Assembly (NCBI GenBank): GCA_963709635.1
Contig: CAVPXA010000026.1
Span: forward strand, 4,843 to 68,842
DNA from: an uncultured Thermoleophilia bacterium
GTDB taxonomy: Bacteria > Actinomycetota > Thermoleophilia > UBA2241
Direction of reading: 5' to 3'
Length of the DNA stretch: 64,000 nucleotides
Shown here piece after piece: positions 1 through 11,568 of the stretch (position 1 is its first letter; each line of letters opens with the position of its first letter). Under the pieces are notes generated by a model that was not told the origin of the DNA, did no database searches, and was given only the letters and a program-made list of their open reading frames with translations. Both the position numbers and the translations under genes were made by a program.

Positions 1-2179
<2,179 letters not shown>

Positions 2180-2202
2180 AGCCGAGGGGCCGCGCCGGCC
2201 CG

Positions 2203-2627
2203 TCAGGCGAGCGCGGCCTGCAGCGTGTCCAGGGCCGCCTGCTCGTGCGCGTCCACGCCGTGGGCGGCCTCGGCCGTCACCCTGGCGATCCGAGGATGAA
2301 CGCCGAGAAGGCCTGCACGTCCGTGGGTGACTTGGCCTGGACGATCGCCTTGGCCTCGCTCACGCGCCTGGCGACCTCACCGGCCATGTCGGCCATGTCG
2401 TGGGTGACCTGCTTGTCGCGGCCCATCTTGATGTCGGCGGCGAGGTCGTGGATCAGCGGGCTCTGCGTGTCGGCCTTGGCGTGGGCCATGAACTTGGCGG
2501 CCGCGGTCGCCTCCTTGAACGTGTCCCAGAAGCCGTGGTCGGCCACGGCGAGGTAGGACATCGTGTCGGTGACCGCCCACTGGAGGATGTGCCACTCGTC
2601 CTCGGTGAACATCTCCTTGCTCGACAT
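2203..2627 (-). CDS. Hypothetical helical protein (apparent frameshift ~2290)
   Basis: ATG at 2627 with GAGGAG RBS; MSSKEMFTEDEWHILQW...; adding one base near 2290 extends it through IARVTAEAAHGVDAHEQAALDTLQAALA to TGA at 2203-2205. Confidence 0.65.
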
Positions 2628-2814
2628 GTCTTCTCCTCGTGGTCGCTGGTGCATCCCGTGGGCAGAGCCTATCGCGCCCGCCGTCACCCTGTGAAATCCC
2701 CCCTGCGGGGCGATGCGGGCGGCCTGGGCCGGGCGTAGCCTGCTGCGTGACGGGCGCCGGACGCGCCCCCGGCGCCCGTCACTCCCCTCACCTGTGCGGC
2801 GCCGGAGGTGGGCC

Positions 2815-3514
2815 GTGCAGCTCTCGCGACGCCAGATCATCGCCTACGTGGCCGTCGCCGTCGTGGTGGTCGCGGTCGGCGTGCGCTACGTGGTGCTCCC
2901 CAGGCAGGCAGGACCGCAGGAGGCGCAGGCCGTAGTGCTGGCGCCCGTGTCGTCACCCGGTGGCGGTGACGGGGTGGGGGGGCGGAGCGGCAGGGGGCGG
3001 AGAGGATGGCGGCGCCGCGCAGGCGCCGGCCGCTTCGCCGGCGCCGGACGTCGTGGTCTACGTGTGCGGCGCCGTGCGCTCGCCCGGCGTGGTGCGTCTG
3101 CCCGCGGGGGCGCGCGTCACCGACGCGCTCGAGGTCGCCGGCGGCCCGACGGCCAAGGCCGAGCTGGCCGCCGTCAACCTGGCTGCGCCGATCACCGACG
3201 GCCAGCAGATCGTGGTGCCCGAGCGGGGCGCCGTGGGCGCCCTGGCGGCGGCGCCCGCGGACGGCTCCGCGATCGCAGGCGGTGGGCTGGGCGCGAGCGC
3301 GAGCGCCGCCGCCGGCCCCGGAGCGATCGTCAACATCAACACCGCGTCGCTGGTGGAGCTCGACTCGCTCGACGGGGTGGGTCCGTCCACCGCGCAGAAG
3401 ATCATCGACTACCGCACCGCCAACGGCGGGTTCACGACGATCGACGAGATCAAGGAAGTCCCGGGCATCGGAGACGCCAAGTTCGAGGCGATGCGAGATT
3501 CCATCGCGGTGTGA
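2815..3514 (+). CDS. comEA: ComEA family DNA-binding competence protein (frameshift in G-rich stretch ~2960-2990)
   Basis: GGAGGT RBS + GTG; N-terminal TM; SLBB-like VYVCGAVRSPGVV...RVTDALEVAGG...NLAAPITDGQQIVVP; HhH INTASLVELDSLDGVGPSTAQKII...VPGIG. Confidence 0.93.
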
Positions 3515-3524
3515 GGAGCGGGCG

Positions 3525-5930
3525 ATGCACTGGCCGGCCCCTCCTCACGTCCTGCTCGGCGCGTACTGCGCCGGCCTGTGTCTGGTGCTGGCGTGGCGGC
3601 CGCCGCTCGCGGTGCTCCTCGCGGCCGCCGCTCTGGCGGCGGGCGTACTGGCCGTCGCGGCGCGCGCCGAGGCGGCGCCGCCGGCGGTGGCCGGACTGCG
3701 CGAGCGGCGCGTGGTCGCCGTGACCGCGGCGCTCGCGCTGCTGTTCCTGGTCACGGGCGCGGCGATCGGCGGCTCCCGGCTCGACGCAGCCGCGCGGTCC
3801 ACGCTGGCGGCATACGTCGGGCATCACGAGCCCGTCACCGCCGTCCTCACCGACCTCCCGGCGGAGAAGGACGGCCAGGTCACGCTCGCGGTGCGCGTCA
3901 CGAGCGTGGCCGGGGTCGCCGCACGGGAGCCCGCGCACCTGCGTCTGCGGCTCGAGGAGGGGCAGATGCTGGGCTACCGCCCGACCGGGCCACTCACGGA
4001 GGGGGCGCTGCTGCGGCTGCCCTCGGTGAGCGTCGAGCCGCTGCCGGAGCCGAAGCCCGGCACGTTCGACTACGGGCGGTACCTGCGTCGCCGCGGGGAG
4101 CACGTGCTGCTCGAGGCGGACTTCGCCGACCTGACCATCACCGGCCGTCGCGGCGGGCTGCAGGGGCTCGTCGACGGGCTGCGCCTGGCCTCGCGCTCCC
4201 ACCTGCTCGCCGGCGTGCGCTCGCCCGTGGCGGAGGTGCTCCAGGGCATGGTCCTCGGCGACGACGAGGGCGTGCCGCAGGAGACCATCGACGCGTTCCG
4301 CGTCAGCGGACTGCTGCACATCATGGCCGTGTCCGGCGAGAACGTGGTCCTGCTGTGCTCCATGTGGTCCTTCGCCTTCGCGCTGCTCGGCATCCACCGG
4401 CTGCTGCGCACGGCGCTGCTGCTGCCGGTGGTCGCCACCTACGTGCTGCTCACCGGCGCGTCGCCGTCGATCGTGCGCGCCGGGGTGGCCGGGATACTGG
4501 GCCTGCTCGCCGTGCTCGCGTCCCGGCCGAGCGACGGGTGGCTGCTGTGGCTGGCGCCGGCCGCCTGGCTGCTCACGGCGAACCCCAACAACCTGTTCGA
4601 CGTCAGCTTCCAGCTTTCGTTCGCGGCCGTGGCCGGGCTGCTGCTGCTCGCGCGGCCGCTCACCCGGGCGTTCTCCTTCCTTCCGGGGCCGCTGCCCGAG
4701 CAGGTCGGGGTGACCACCGCGGCGAGCATCTCGACGGCTCCGGTCTCCATGCTCACGTTCGGGTCCGCGTCGCTGGTCAGCGTGCCGGCCAATGCGGTCG
4801 GCGGGTTCGTGCTCGGGCCGATCATGTTCCTCGGCATGCTGTCGTTGCTCGGCGGGTTCGTGAGCGAGTGGCTGTCGGTGCCGCTGAACGTGGTGGCGGG
4901 GCTGTTCATCGGGTTTCTGCTGGCGGTGGCGCGGTTCTTCGCCGGGCTGCCCGGGGCGGTGTACACGTACCAGGGTCTGACGCTGCGGTTCCTGCTGGTC
5001 GCGGGCCTCGGCGCCGTGCTCGTGGGAGTGTGCGTGCTCGCGCTGCGGGCGGGCGGCGGTCTGGCCGGCTACGTCCGGGACCGCCGTCGCTGGCCGCCGC
5101 TCGCGGCCGCGACGGCGGCCGTGGTCGCGGCGGCGCTGCTCCTGGCGCCGGCGCCGGTACTGCCGCCCGACCGGCCGACGCTCACCCTTCTGGACGTCGG
5201 CGAGGGGGCGGCCAGCCTGTTGCAGGTGCCGGGCGGGCCGACGGTGCTCGTCGACGCGGGCCCCTCGCCGCTCGCCGTCACGCTGCGCCGTCACGCGGTG
5301 AGCCGCATCGACCTCCTCGTGCTCTCGCACGGGCACGACGACCACGTGGCGGGGCTCGCGGACGTCATCGGCGCGGTCCCGGTGAAGACGGCGCTGTTGC
5401 CGGACCCCGAAGACGGCTCGAGCAGCAGCGCCGCCGCGCTCGACGACCTCGAAGGCAGACTGCTCGCGGAGGGGACAGACGTGCGCCGCTGCACCGCGCC
5501 GCTGGACGTGACCGGCGACGCGTGGGCCGTGCACGTGCTGCCTGCCACGCCGGTCGGCGGCGTCGACCAGAACCAGCGGGAGAACGACGACGCGCTGGTC
5601 GTCGTCGCAGAGCTGGGCGGGCAGCGCGTGCTCCTCCCGGGCGACGCGGAGGGGCAGGCGCTGGAGGACCTGGGCCTGCCCCCGTGCCTCGTGGTAGCGG
5701 CGCCGCACCACGGCAGCGACGGGGGGTTCGACGCCCGTCTGCTCGCCGACCTCGCGCCGCGGCTGGCGGTGATCCCCGTCGGGGAGAACAGCTACGGGCA
5801 CCCCGACCCGGACACGCTCGGGGTGCTCGCGGCCGCCGGCGTACCGGCGGTGCGCACCGACGAAAGGGGCGACGTGGCAGTGGTGCTCGGGGACCGCGGG
5901 CTGGAGGTGCGCGTCGGGCGGCGGTCGTGA
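3525..5930 (+). CDS. comEC: DNA internalization competence protein ComEC/Rec2
   Basis: FDYGRYL, GLLHIMAVSGENV, SPSIVRA, DVSFQLSF competence-domain motifs; C-terminal metallo-beta-lactamase with LDVGEG, SHGHDDH, PHHGS, NSYGHP; directly after comEA. Confidence 0.95.
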   Translation: MHWPAPPHVLLGAYCAGLCLVLAWRPPLAVLLAAAALAAGVLAVAARAEAAPPAVAGLRERRVVAVTAALALLFLVTGAAIGGSRLDAAARSTLAAYVGHHEPVTAVLTDLPAEKDGQVTLAVRVTSVAGVAAREPAHLRLRLEEGQMLGYRPTGPLTEGALLRLPSVSVEPLPEPKPGTFDYGRYLRRRGEHVLLEADFADLTITGRRGGLQGLVDGLRLASRSHLLAGVRSPVAEVLQGMVLGDDEGVPQETIDAFRVSGLLHIMAVSGENVVLLCSMWSFAFALLGIHRLLRTALLLPVVATYVLLTGASPSIVRAGVAGILGLLAVLASRPSDGWLLWLAPAAWLLTANPNNLFDVSFQLSFAAVAGLLLLARPLTRAFSFLPGPLPEQVGVTTAASISTAPVSMLTFGSASLVSVPANAVGGFVLGPIMFLGMLSLLGGFVSEWLSVPLNVVAGLFIGFLLAVARFFAGLPGAVYTYQGLTLRFLLVAGLGAVLVGVCVLALRAGGGLAGYVRDRRRWPPLAAATAAVVAAALLLAPAPVLPPDRPTLTLLDVGEGAASLLQVPGGPTVLVDAGPSPLAVTLRRHAVSRIDLLVLSHGHDDHVAGLADVIGAVPVKTALLPDPEDGSSSSAAALDDLEGRLLAEGTDVRRCTAPLDVTGDAWAVHVLPATPVGGVDQNQRENDDALVVVAELGGQRVLLPGDAEGQALEDLGLPPCLVVAAPHHGSDGGFDARLLADLAPRLAVIPVGENSYGHPDPDTLGVLAAAGVPAVRTDERGDVAVVLGDRGLEVRVGRRS

Positions 5931-5934
5931 GGGG

Positions 5935-6714
5935 TCAGAGTTCCTTGCGCCGGAACGACCAGGCGGCGAGGAGAAGGAAGACCACTGCGAGGATGAGCGT
6001 GACCGTGATGGGCTGCGCCAGCGGGACGTCTTCACCCTTGAGCAGCGCTGTGCTGGCCGTGAAGACGCCGGCCGGCGTCCAGTCGCGCAGCGCGGGGAAG
6101 CCGGTGAGCGCGAACAGCACCACGTACACGGCGATGCCGGCGCCGGCCGCCGCCGCCTGCCGGTCCAGGGCGGCGGACAGCCACACCATGAGGCACACGA
6201 ACATCGCCGCCAGCGCCAGCCACACGGCGACCGACTGTACGAACGCCACAATGTGCGACGTGTCGAACAGCGTGATGGTGACGGCCACGCAGAGCGCCGC
6301 ACCGAGTGCGGTGGCGGCCATCACCACGACCAGGTTGGCGATGGCCTTGGACCAGACGAACGACGTGCGCGAGAGCGGTTTGGTGAGCACGAGGATCGCC
6401 GTACCGCTGCGGCGCTCGCCGGCCACCGCGGCGGCCCCCGTGATGATCACTACCAGCAGAGCGAGCTGGAGGAGGTTGCCCATGAACTGCGCGTAGGCGT
6501 CGATCGCGGTCGGGTCGGGATACTTGATGACGACGCCGGGCTGCCGCTCCGCCGTCATCTTGAGGATGGCGGGCGTGACGGCGGCCATGATGGGCGTGGT
6601 GAGTCCCAGGAACACGAGCACGCCGGGCACCACCCAGAGTCGCCAGGTCTTGCGTGTCTCGAGGAACTCCTTGCGTGTGAAGGCGCCGAAGCCGCGGAGC
6701 TTGAGGGCGCTCAC
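5935..6714 (-). CDS. ABC-2 type transporter permease (YxlG-like)
   Basis: KEFLE...W start, GERRSGTAILVLTKPLSR motif, about six TM segments, ends FRRKEL; GTGA overlap with the upstream ATPase. Confidence 0.88.
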   Translation of the reverse strand: MSALKLRGFGAFTRKEFLETRKTWRLWVVPGVLVFLGLTTPIMAAVTPAILKMTAERQPGVVIKYPDPTAIDAYAQFMGNLLQLALLVVIITGAAAVAGERRSGTAILVLTKPLSRTSFVWSKAIANLVVVMAATALGAALCVAVTITLFDTSHIVAFVQSVAVWLALAAMFVCLMVWLSAALDRQAAAAGAGIAVYVVLFALTGFPALRDWTPAGVFTASTALLKGEDVPLAQPITVTLILAVVFLLLAAWSFRRKEL

Positions 6715-8021
6715 CGTCGTGCTCCCTGCACGAGGTCGACGAAGACGTCCTCGAGCGAGACCTCGTCGGCCTCGAACCGCCGGAGCGGCAGGCCGAGGCG
6801 GGCGACCAGCGCGGGCACTTCGCGGTAGGCGACCTCGAGGTCGGTGACTTCGACGACGAGCTCGCGACCGTCGCGACGGACCGCGCCCGCCCACGGCTGG
6901 TCCGCGAGCGCGGCCCCCAGGCCCTGCGGGTCGGACGTCTCGATGACCACGCGCTGTGAGCCTCCGTGCCGCGCGCGGAGCTCGTCGATACCGGCGTGCT
7001 CCACGATCCGGCCGCCGGCCAGCACGGCTACGGTGTCGCAGACGCGCTCGACGTCGGCGAGGATGTGTGTGGAGAAGAAGACGGTGGTGCGGCCGGAGAG
7101 CGCCGCGATCATCTCGAGCACCTCGCGGCGCCCGATCGGGTCTAGCGCGCTGGTCGGCTCGTCGAGCAGCAGCAGGCGCGGCGAGTTGATCAGCGCCTGC
7201 GCGACGCCGAGGCGCTGCTTCATGCCGCGCGAGTAGCCGCCGACCCTGGTGGTCACGCCGCCGAGACCGGCGAGATCCAGCAGCGTCTCGATGCGCTCGT
7301 CGCGCGCGGCGCCGCGGAGGCCGAACAGGCCCGCGGAGAGCTCCAGGTACTCGCGGGCCGTCATCCACTTGTAGAAGCCGGGCACGTCCGGCAGGAAGCC
7401 GATGAACGCGTGCACGGCGTCGGCGTCGCGGGTGGTGTCAAGGCCGAACACGCGCGCCGTGCCTTCGGTCGGGCGCGCCAGCCCGGCCAGGATGCGCAGC
7501 GTGGTGGTCTTGCCGGCGCCGTTGGGCCCGAGGAACCCGAACACGGAGCCCTCCGGCACGACCAGATCGACGCCGTCCAGGGCGCGCGCCTTCTTGAAGT
7601 CCTTGACGAGGCCGGCGATCTCGATGGCGGGGCCGGCAGGTGCCCGCGTCGCCGACTGCGTCCCTTCGGCCCACGGCGCACGCGCTGCTCCCGGCGCGCC
7701 CGCTCCGGCTGCCTCCGGCTGCGCGTACAGCGCCGTCGCCGCCGCGTCCGCCGCCGGCCGGTCTTCGGACTCGTCCTCGGGCCGCTGCTCCACCGCCGGG
7801 GCCGGCACGCGCCCCACGGCGAGGTAGATGATCGACCCGGGGATGGCGAACAGCACGATCAGCAGCGCCCAGAGCCACTTCCGGTCGCCGAGCACGGCGG
7901 GACGCCGGATGAGGTCGGCGAGACAGAAGACGACCAGCGCGACCTCGGCCACCCCGAGCACGATGAGCGCGACGAGTGCCCCGGTGGGGAGCGTCGTCTC
8001 TGCCAGAGGTAGCACGGCCAT
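6711..8021 (-). CDS. ABC transporter ATP-binding protein with N-terminal PLDc_N (YxlE-like) membrane domain
   Basis: N-terminal DLIRR...KWLWALLIVLFAIPGSIIYLAVGR; Walker A GPNGAGKTT, signature YSRGMKQR, Walker B LLLDEPT, H-loop STH. Confidence 0.9.
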   Translation of the reverse strand: MAVLPLAETTLPTGALVALIVLGVAEVALVVFCLADLIRRPAVLGDRKWLWALLIVLFAIPGSIIYLAVGRVPAPAVEQRPEDESEDRPAADAAATALYAQPEAAGAGAPGAARAPWAEGTQSATRAPAGPAIEIAGLVKDFKKARALDGVDLVVPEGSVFGFLGPNGAGKTTTLRILAGLARPTEGTARVFGLDTTRDADAVHAFIGFLPDVPGFYKWMTAREYLELSAGLFGLRGAARDERIETLLDLAGLGGVTTRVGGYSRGMKQRLGVAQALINSPRLLLLDEPTSALDPIGRREVLEMIAALSGRTTVFFSTHILADVERVCDTVAVLAGGRIVEHAGIDELRARHGGSQRVVIETSDPQGLGAALADQPWAGAVRRDGRELVVEVTDLEVAYREVPALVARLGLPLRRFEADEVSLEDVFVDLVQGARR

Positions 8022-8109
8022 GGATCCCTTCACTCGTGGTCAGCCGCGAGTCATCCTAGTGCCGGCGCCGGCGGGCGTCGACCGGGCCGCGTGCTATCCT
8101 CTGGGCACG

Positions 8110-9147
8110 ATGGCCGACCCCGCACCGCTGCGCCCCGCGTTCCTTATCCTGGGCACGGACCGCCCCAAGGTCCGGCGCGCCGTGGCGCGCCTGCGCCAGC
8201 GGGTGGTCGACGAGGCCGGCAGCGACCTCAACGTGGTCATCCTGGACGCGGAGCACGACAAGGTCGACGAGTTCCTCGACGCCGCCGCGAGCCCGGGGCT
8301 CACGTTCGGCACACGCCTGCTCCTGGTACTCAACGGCCACAAGTGGAACGCCAAGGCGCGCCAGCAGATCGTCGCCTATCTGCAGGACCCCATGCCGGAC
8401 ACGTGCGTGGCGCTCGAGGCGGAGACGCTCGCGAAGTCCGACGCCCTGTACAAGGCCGTCTCCAAGCTGGGCGGCATCCTGGAGTGGGACCTCCCCAAGA
8501 AGTACCAGATGTCCGGGTGGGTGACACAGCAGGCGAAGTCCCGCGGGCTGCGCATGAGCTCGCATGTCGCCAAGCACATGCTCGACCGTTGCGGCAACGA
8601 CCCCGGTCACGCCGAGCGGCTGGACCGTGAGATAGAGAAGCTCGCCGCGTACTGTCGCGTCGGCGACGCGGCGGAGGCGGCGGGGGACGGCGTGCAGGCC
8701 ACCGAGGCCGATGTGGACGCCGTCTGTACGCCGGACGACGACGCCGTGATCTTCGACCTCATGGACGCGGTGGGGCACCGCGACCGCGCCCACAGCTTCG
8801 CCCTGCTCGAGGCGCTGTACGCCTCCGGCAATCCGCGCAACGACGCCAACGGGGTGCTCTACAGTCTCAAGCGCCACATCGAGCAGCTCGACGCGGCTTC
8901 GCAGTTGCCGCACGCCGACGAGTCGACGGCGGCGAAGCAGCTCAAGGTGCACCCCTTCACCGCCAGGAAGCTGCTGCAGCAGCGCGAGCGCTTCGACCGG
9001 CGCCGCCTCGGCCGCGCCTACCGGGCGCTCGCCGAGGCCGAGGCCGGGCTGCGCGGCCGCGCGCCGATCACGCTCGAGTCCGTCGGCGGCGTCAACGACG
9101 CCGACCGGCTGGTGGTGGAGCTGGCGCTGGCGCGCATGCTGGCGTAG
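8110..9147 (+). CDS. holA: DNA polymerase III subunit delta
   Basis: AFLILGTD start, REIEKLAAY, IFDLMDAV, KVHPFTARK; typical comEC-holA-rpsT context. Confidence 0.88.
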   Translation: MADPAPLRPAFLILGTDRPKVRRAVARLRQRVVDEAGSDLNVVILDAEHDKVDEFLDAAASPGLTFGTRLLLVLNGHKWNAKARQQIVAYLQDPMPDTCVALEAETLAKSDALYKAVSKLGGILEWDLPKKYQMSGWVTQQAKSRGLRMSSHVAKHMLDRCGNDPGHAERLDREIEKLAAYCRVGDAAEAAGDGVQATEADVDAVCTPDDDAVIFDLMDAVGHRDRAHSFALLEALYASGNPRNDANGVLYSLKRHIEQLDAASQLPHADESTAAKQLKVHPFTARKLLQQRERFDRRRLGRAYRALAEAEAGLRGRAPITLESVGGVNDADRLVVELALARMLA

Positions 9148-9163
9148 GGATGGCGAACGAGAA

Positions 9164-9208
9164 CGACGAAGCGGGCGGGCCGCTCAGGGCGGCCCGCCCG
9201 CTTCGTCG
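9164..9208. terminator. Perfect 20-bp hairpin between convergent holA and rpsT (bidirectional terminator-like)
   Basis: CGACGAAGCGGGCGGGCCGC-TCAGG-GCGGCCCGCCCGCTTCGTCG. Confidence 0.75.
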
Positions 9209-9227
9209 ATGTCTTCTCAGCCCCGCG

Positions 9228-9494
9228 TCAGGCGGAGAGGCGCGCCATGGTGTGGGCGACGCGACTCTTCTTGTGGGCGGCGTTGTTCTTGTGGAGGATG
9301 CCCTTGGCGGCAGCCTTGTCGATGCGCGAGGTGAGGAAGGTGGCCGTCTTGGTGGCCTCCTCGGTCTGGCCCTCGGCGACTTCGTCCTCGAGCTGCTTGA
9401 ACAGCGTCTTGAGGGTCGACTTGGTGTGCCGGTTGCGCAGCCGCTGCTTGGCGGCCAGGCGGATACGCTTCTTCTGCTGCTTGATGTTGGCCAC
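9228..9494 (-). CDS. rpsT: 30S ribosomal protein S20
   Basis: MANIKQQKKRIR...IDKAAAKGILHKNNAAHKKSR. Confidence 0.98.
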   Translation of the reverse strand: MANIKQQKKRIRLAAKQRLRNRHTKSTLKTLFKQLEDEVAEGQTEEATKTATFLTSRIDKAAAKGILHKNNAAHKKSRVAHTMARLSA

Positions 9495-9633
9495 GTGGTC
9501 CCTTTTCTCAGGCTAGGTTCGTGACAATCCCGGATGCAGTGGGGCTGCGTTCGGACGTGGGATGCTATCACGGGCGCGCCGGGCCGGGCAAACGTACTCG
9601 GGACCCGCGGTGGCGCCGCCGAGTGGCGGGGTC

Positions 9634-10091
9634 TCAGGGGTGGCTGGGATTGTCGCCGGACCCAGCCCTTGCGATCTCGCCCTTGTCGAGCCAGCCTGAG
9701 CGCATGCTGCCGGCCTCGAAGTCGTTCTCAGGCCGGCGACCGAGGGCGGGGTCACTCGCCTTCAGCCTCAGCCGGGCCTGGCGGCGCCACGCTCCGCGCT
9801 CGTCCTCAGAGAAGACCGTGTAGAAGACGGTCGCCGGCGGCGATCCGAGAGAGTCGAGGGCGGCGAGATCGTCGTGAGAACCCGGGCGAGCCTGGTCGGA
9901 GACGAGCGTCTGTCCGCGGCCGACCACGGTGTCGTCGAACGGGCCGGCGGCGAAGCCCTTCGAGTGACCGCAGCACGCGCCAGCGCAGCGCCCGGCCGCC
10001 GCGGCACATCCCAGGTCAGGACGATCGCTCCGGCGTGCAGCCGGCTCTTGAGATGGACCAGTCGCGGCTTGCGGTCGCGTCCGAACACCAC
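9634..10091 (-). CDS. Hypothetical protein, possible FN3-like beta-sandwich (two apparent frameshifts ~9960-10000)
   Basis: GAGGAGG next to GTG; segments IVLTWD / LRWRVLRS / GFAAGPFDD...VFYTVFSEDERGAW lie in three successive frames. Confidence 0.45.
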
Positions 10092-10168
10092 TCCTCCTCG
10101 TGGGGGCCGCGACCATCGTACCCTCGCTCGTCGCGAAAGCAGGCACGCGGTGGTACGGTGGCGGGGTC

Positions 10169-11364
10169 ATGCCACTCCGCCGCATCATCCCGTGGAAGCC
10201 GGTCCTCGCAGCCGCCGCGCTCATCGCCGTGCTCGGCGCCGCTGCCTGCGGCTCGGGAGGGGCGGCCGCGTCCGCAGAGGCGGCCGGCGGGAGCGCCGCC
10301 GCCACGACAGCCATCGCCGCATCGCCGGAGCCGGTCACGTCGCCCAGCCCCGCGGCCTCATCCGAGCTTGCCGGCTGGTCGAACCGCCGGCTCGCGGCGC
10401 AGCTCGTCTTCTGCAGCGTCCCGGCGACCAACCCGCTCGCCGGCAAGAAGTTCGCGCGCATGGGCGTCGGCGGCATCGTGATCCTGGGAGCAGGGGCGCG
10501 CAGCGGCATCGGCGGCGACCTCGCCGCCGTCCTGCGCGCCGCTCCGAACGGCATCCGGCCCTTCATCGCCAGCGACGAGGAGGGCGGGCTGGTGCAGCGG
10601 CTGCGCGACGTGATCTACCCGCTGCCCTCGGCGCGTGTGCAGGGCAGCTGGAGCGCCTCGAAGACCAGGGCCGCCGCGCGAGGCGTACGGCAAGCGCATG
10701 CGCAAGCTGAACGTGGCGGTCGACTTCGCGCCTGTCGCGGACCTGGACATCCCGGGCAGGTTCATCAGCGGGCAGCAGAGAGCCTTCTCCAGGGACCCCG
10801 ACGTGGTCGGCAGCCACGTCGTGGCGTGGATCAAGGGTCTCAGGTCGGCGCGCGTCCTCTCGACCGTCAAGCACTGGCCGGGGCACGGCTGGGCCGTCGG
10901 ACACGCACACCGGCGCCGCGCGCGTGCCCTCGCTCTCGGTGCTCCGCCGCTACGACATGGTGCCGTTCGAGAAGGCGTTCGACGCCGGCGTGCCGCTCGT
11001 GATGGTCGGGCACCTGCGCTCCAAGGGCCTGACCGGCGAGGAGACGCCGGCGAGTCTCTCGCGCAACGCGCTCACGTACCTGCGCGGGCGCGCCGGCGAG
11101 AAGACCGTCATCATCACCGACTCGCTCTCCATGGCGGCCACGACCAAGGCGCTCGGCATCAAGCTGCCGGCCGCCGCCGTGCGGGCGCTCAAGGCCGGCG
11201 CCGACCAGGCGCTGTTCGCCACCGGGGACCCCAGGCCGGTCATCGACGCCGTGACGGCGGCGATCAAGTCCGGGCGCATCCCGCGCGCGGAGGCCGAGGC
11301 CAAGGTGCTGCGCGTGCTCGAGCTGAAGCGCAAGGCCGGGCTGGCGCCGGTGTACCAGCCGTAG
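10169..11364 (+). CDS. Glycoside hydrolase family 3 (NagZ-like beta-N-acetylhexosaminidase) lipoprotein (frameshifts ~10680, ~10900)
   Basis: Lipobox-like LGAAAC; ASDEEGGLVQR, DFAPVADL, KHWPGHG, VMVGH, ITDSLSM, ALKAGAD motifs across three frames. Confidence 0.85.
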
Positions 11365-11448
11365 GCCTGGCTGGGCGGGCCGGCGCATCCGGCCCGTTCC
11401 GGCCGTACGTTCGTAAGGGCGGCCGGGCCGGGAGGCGGGGCCGCCCTC

Positions 11449-11457
11449 TGCTAGACT
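11449..11457 (+). promoter_or_regulatory. Extended -10 promoter element upstream of murJ
   Basis: TG-C-TAGACT in the intergenic region. Confidence 0.45.
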
Positions 11458-11568
11458 CGCTGCCGCCCGGGCGGCTCTGCCCGGGCGAGTCGGGCCCGCG
11501 GCTCCGCGGCCGCTGTCCGGGCTCGCCGGGCAGGAGAACCGCCCCCCGGCGGTCGAATCAGAGGACTC

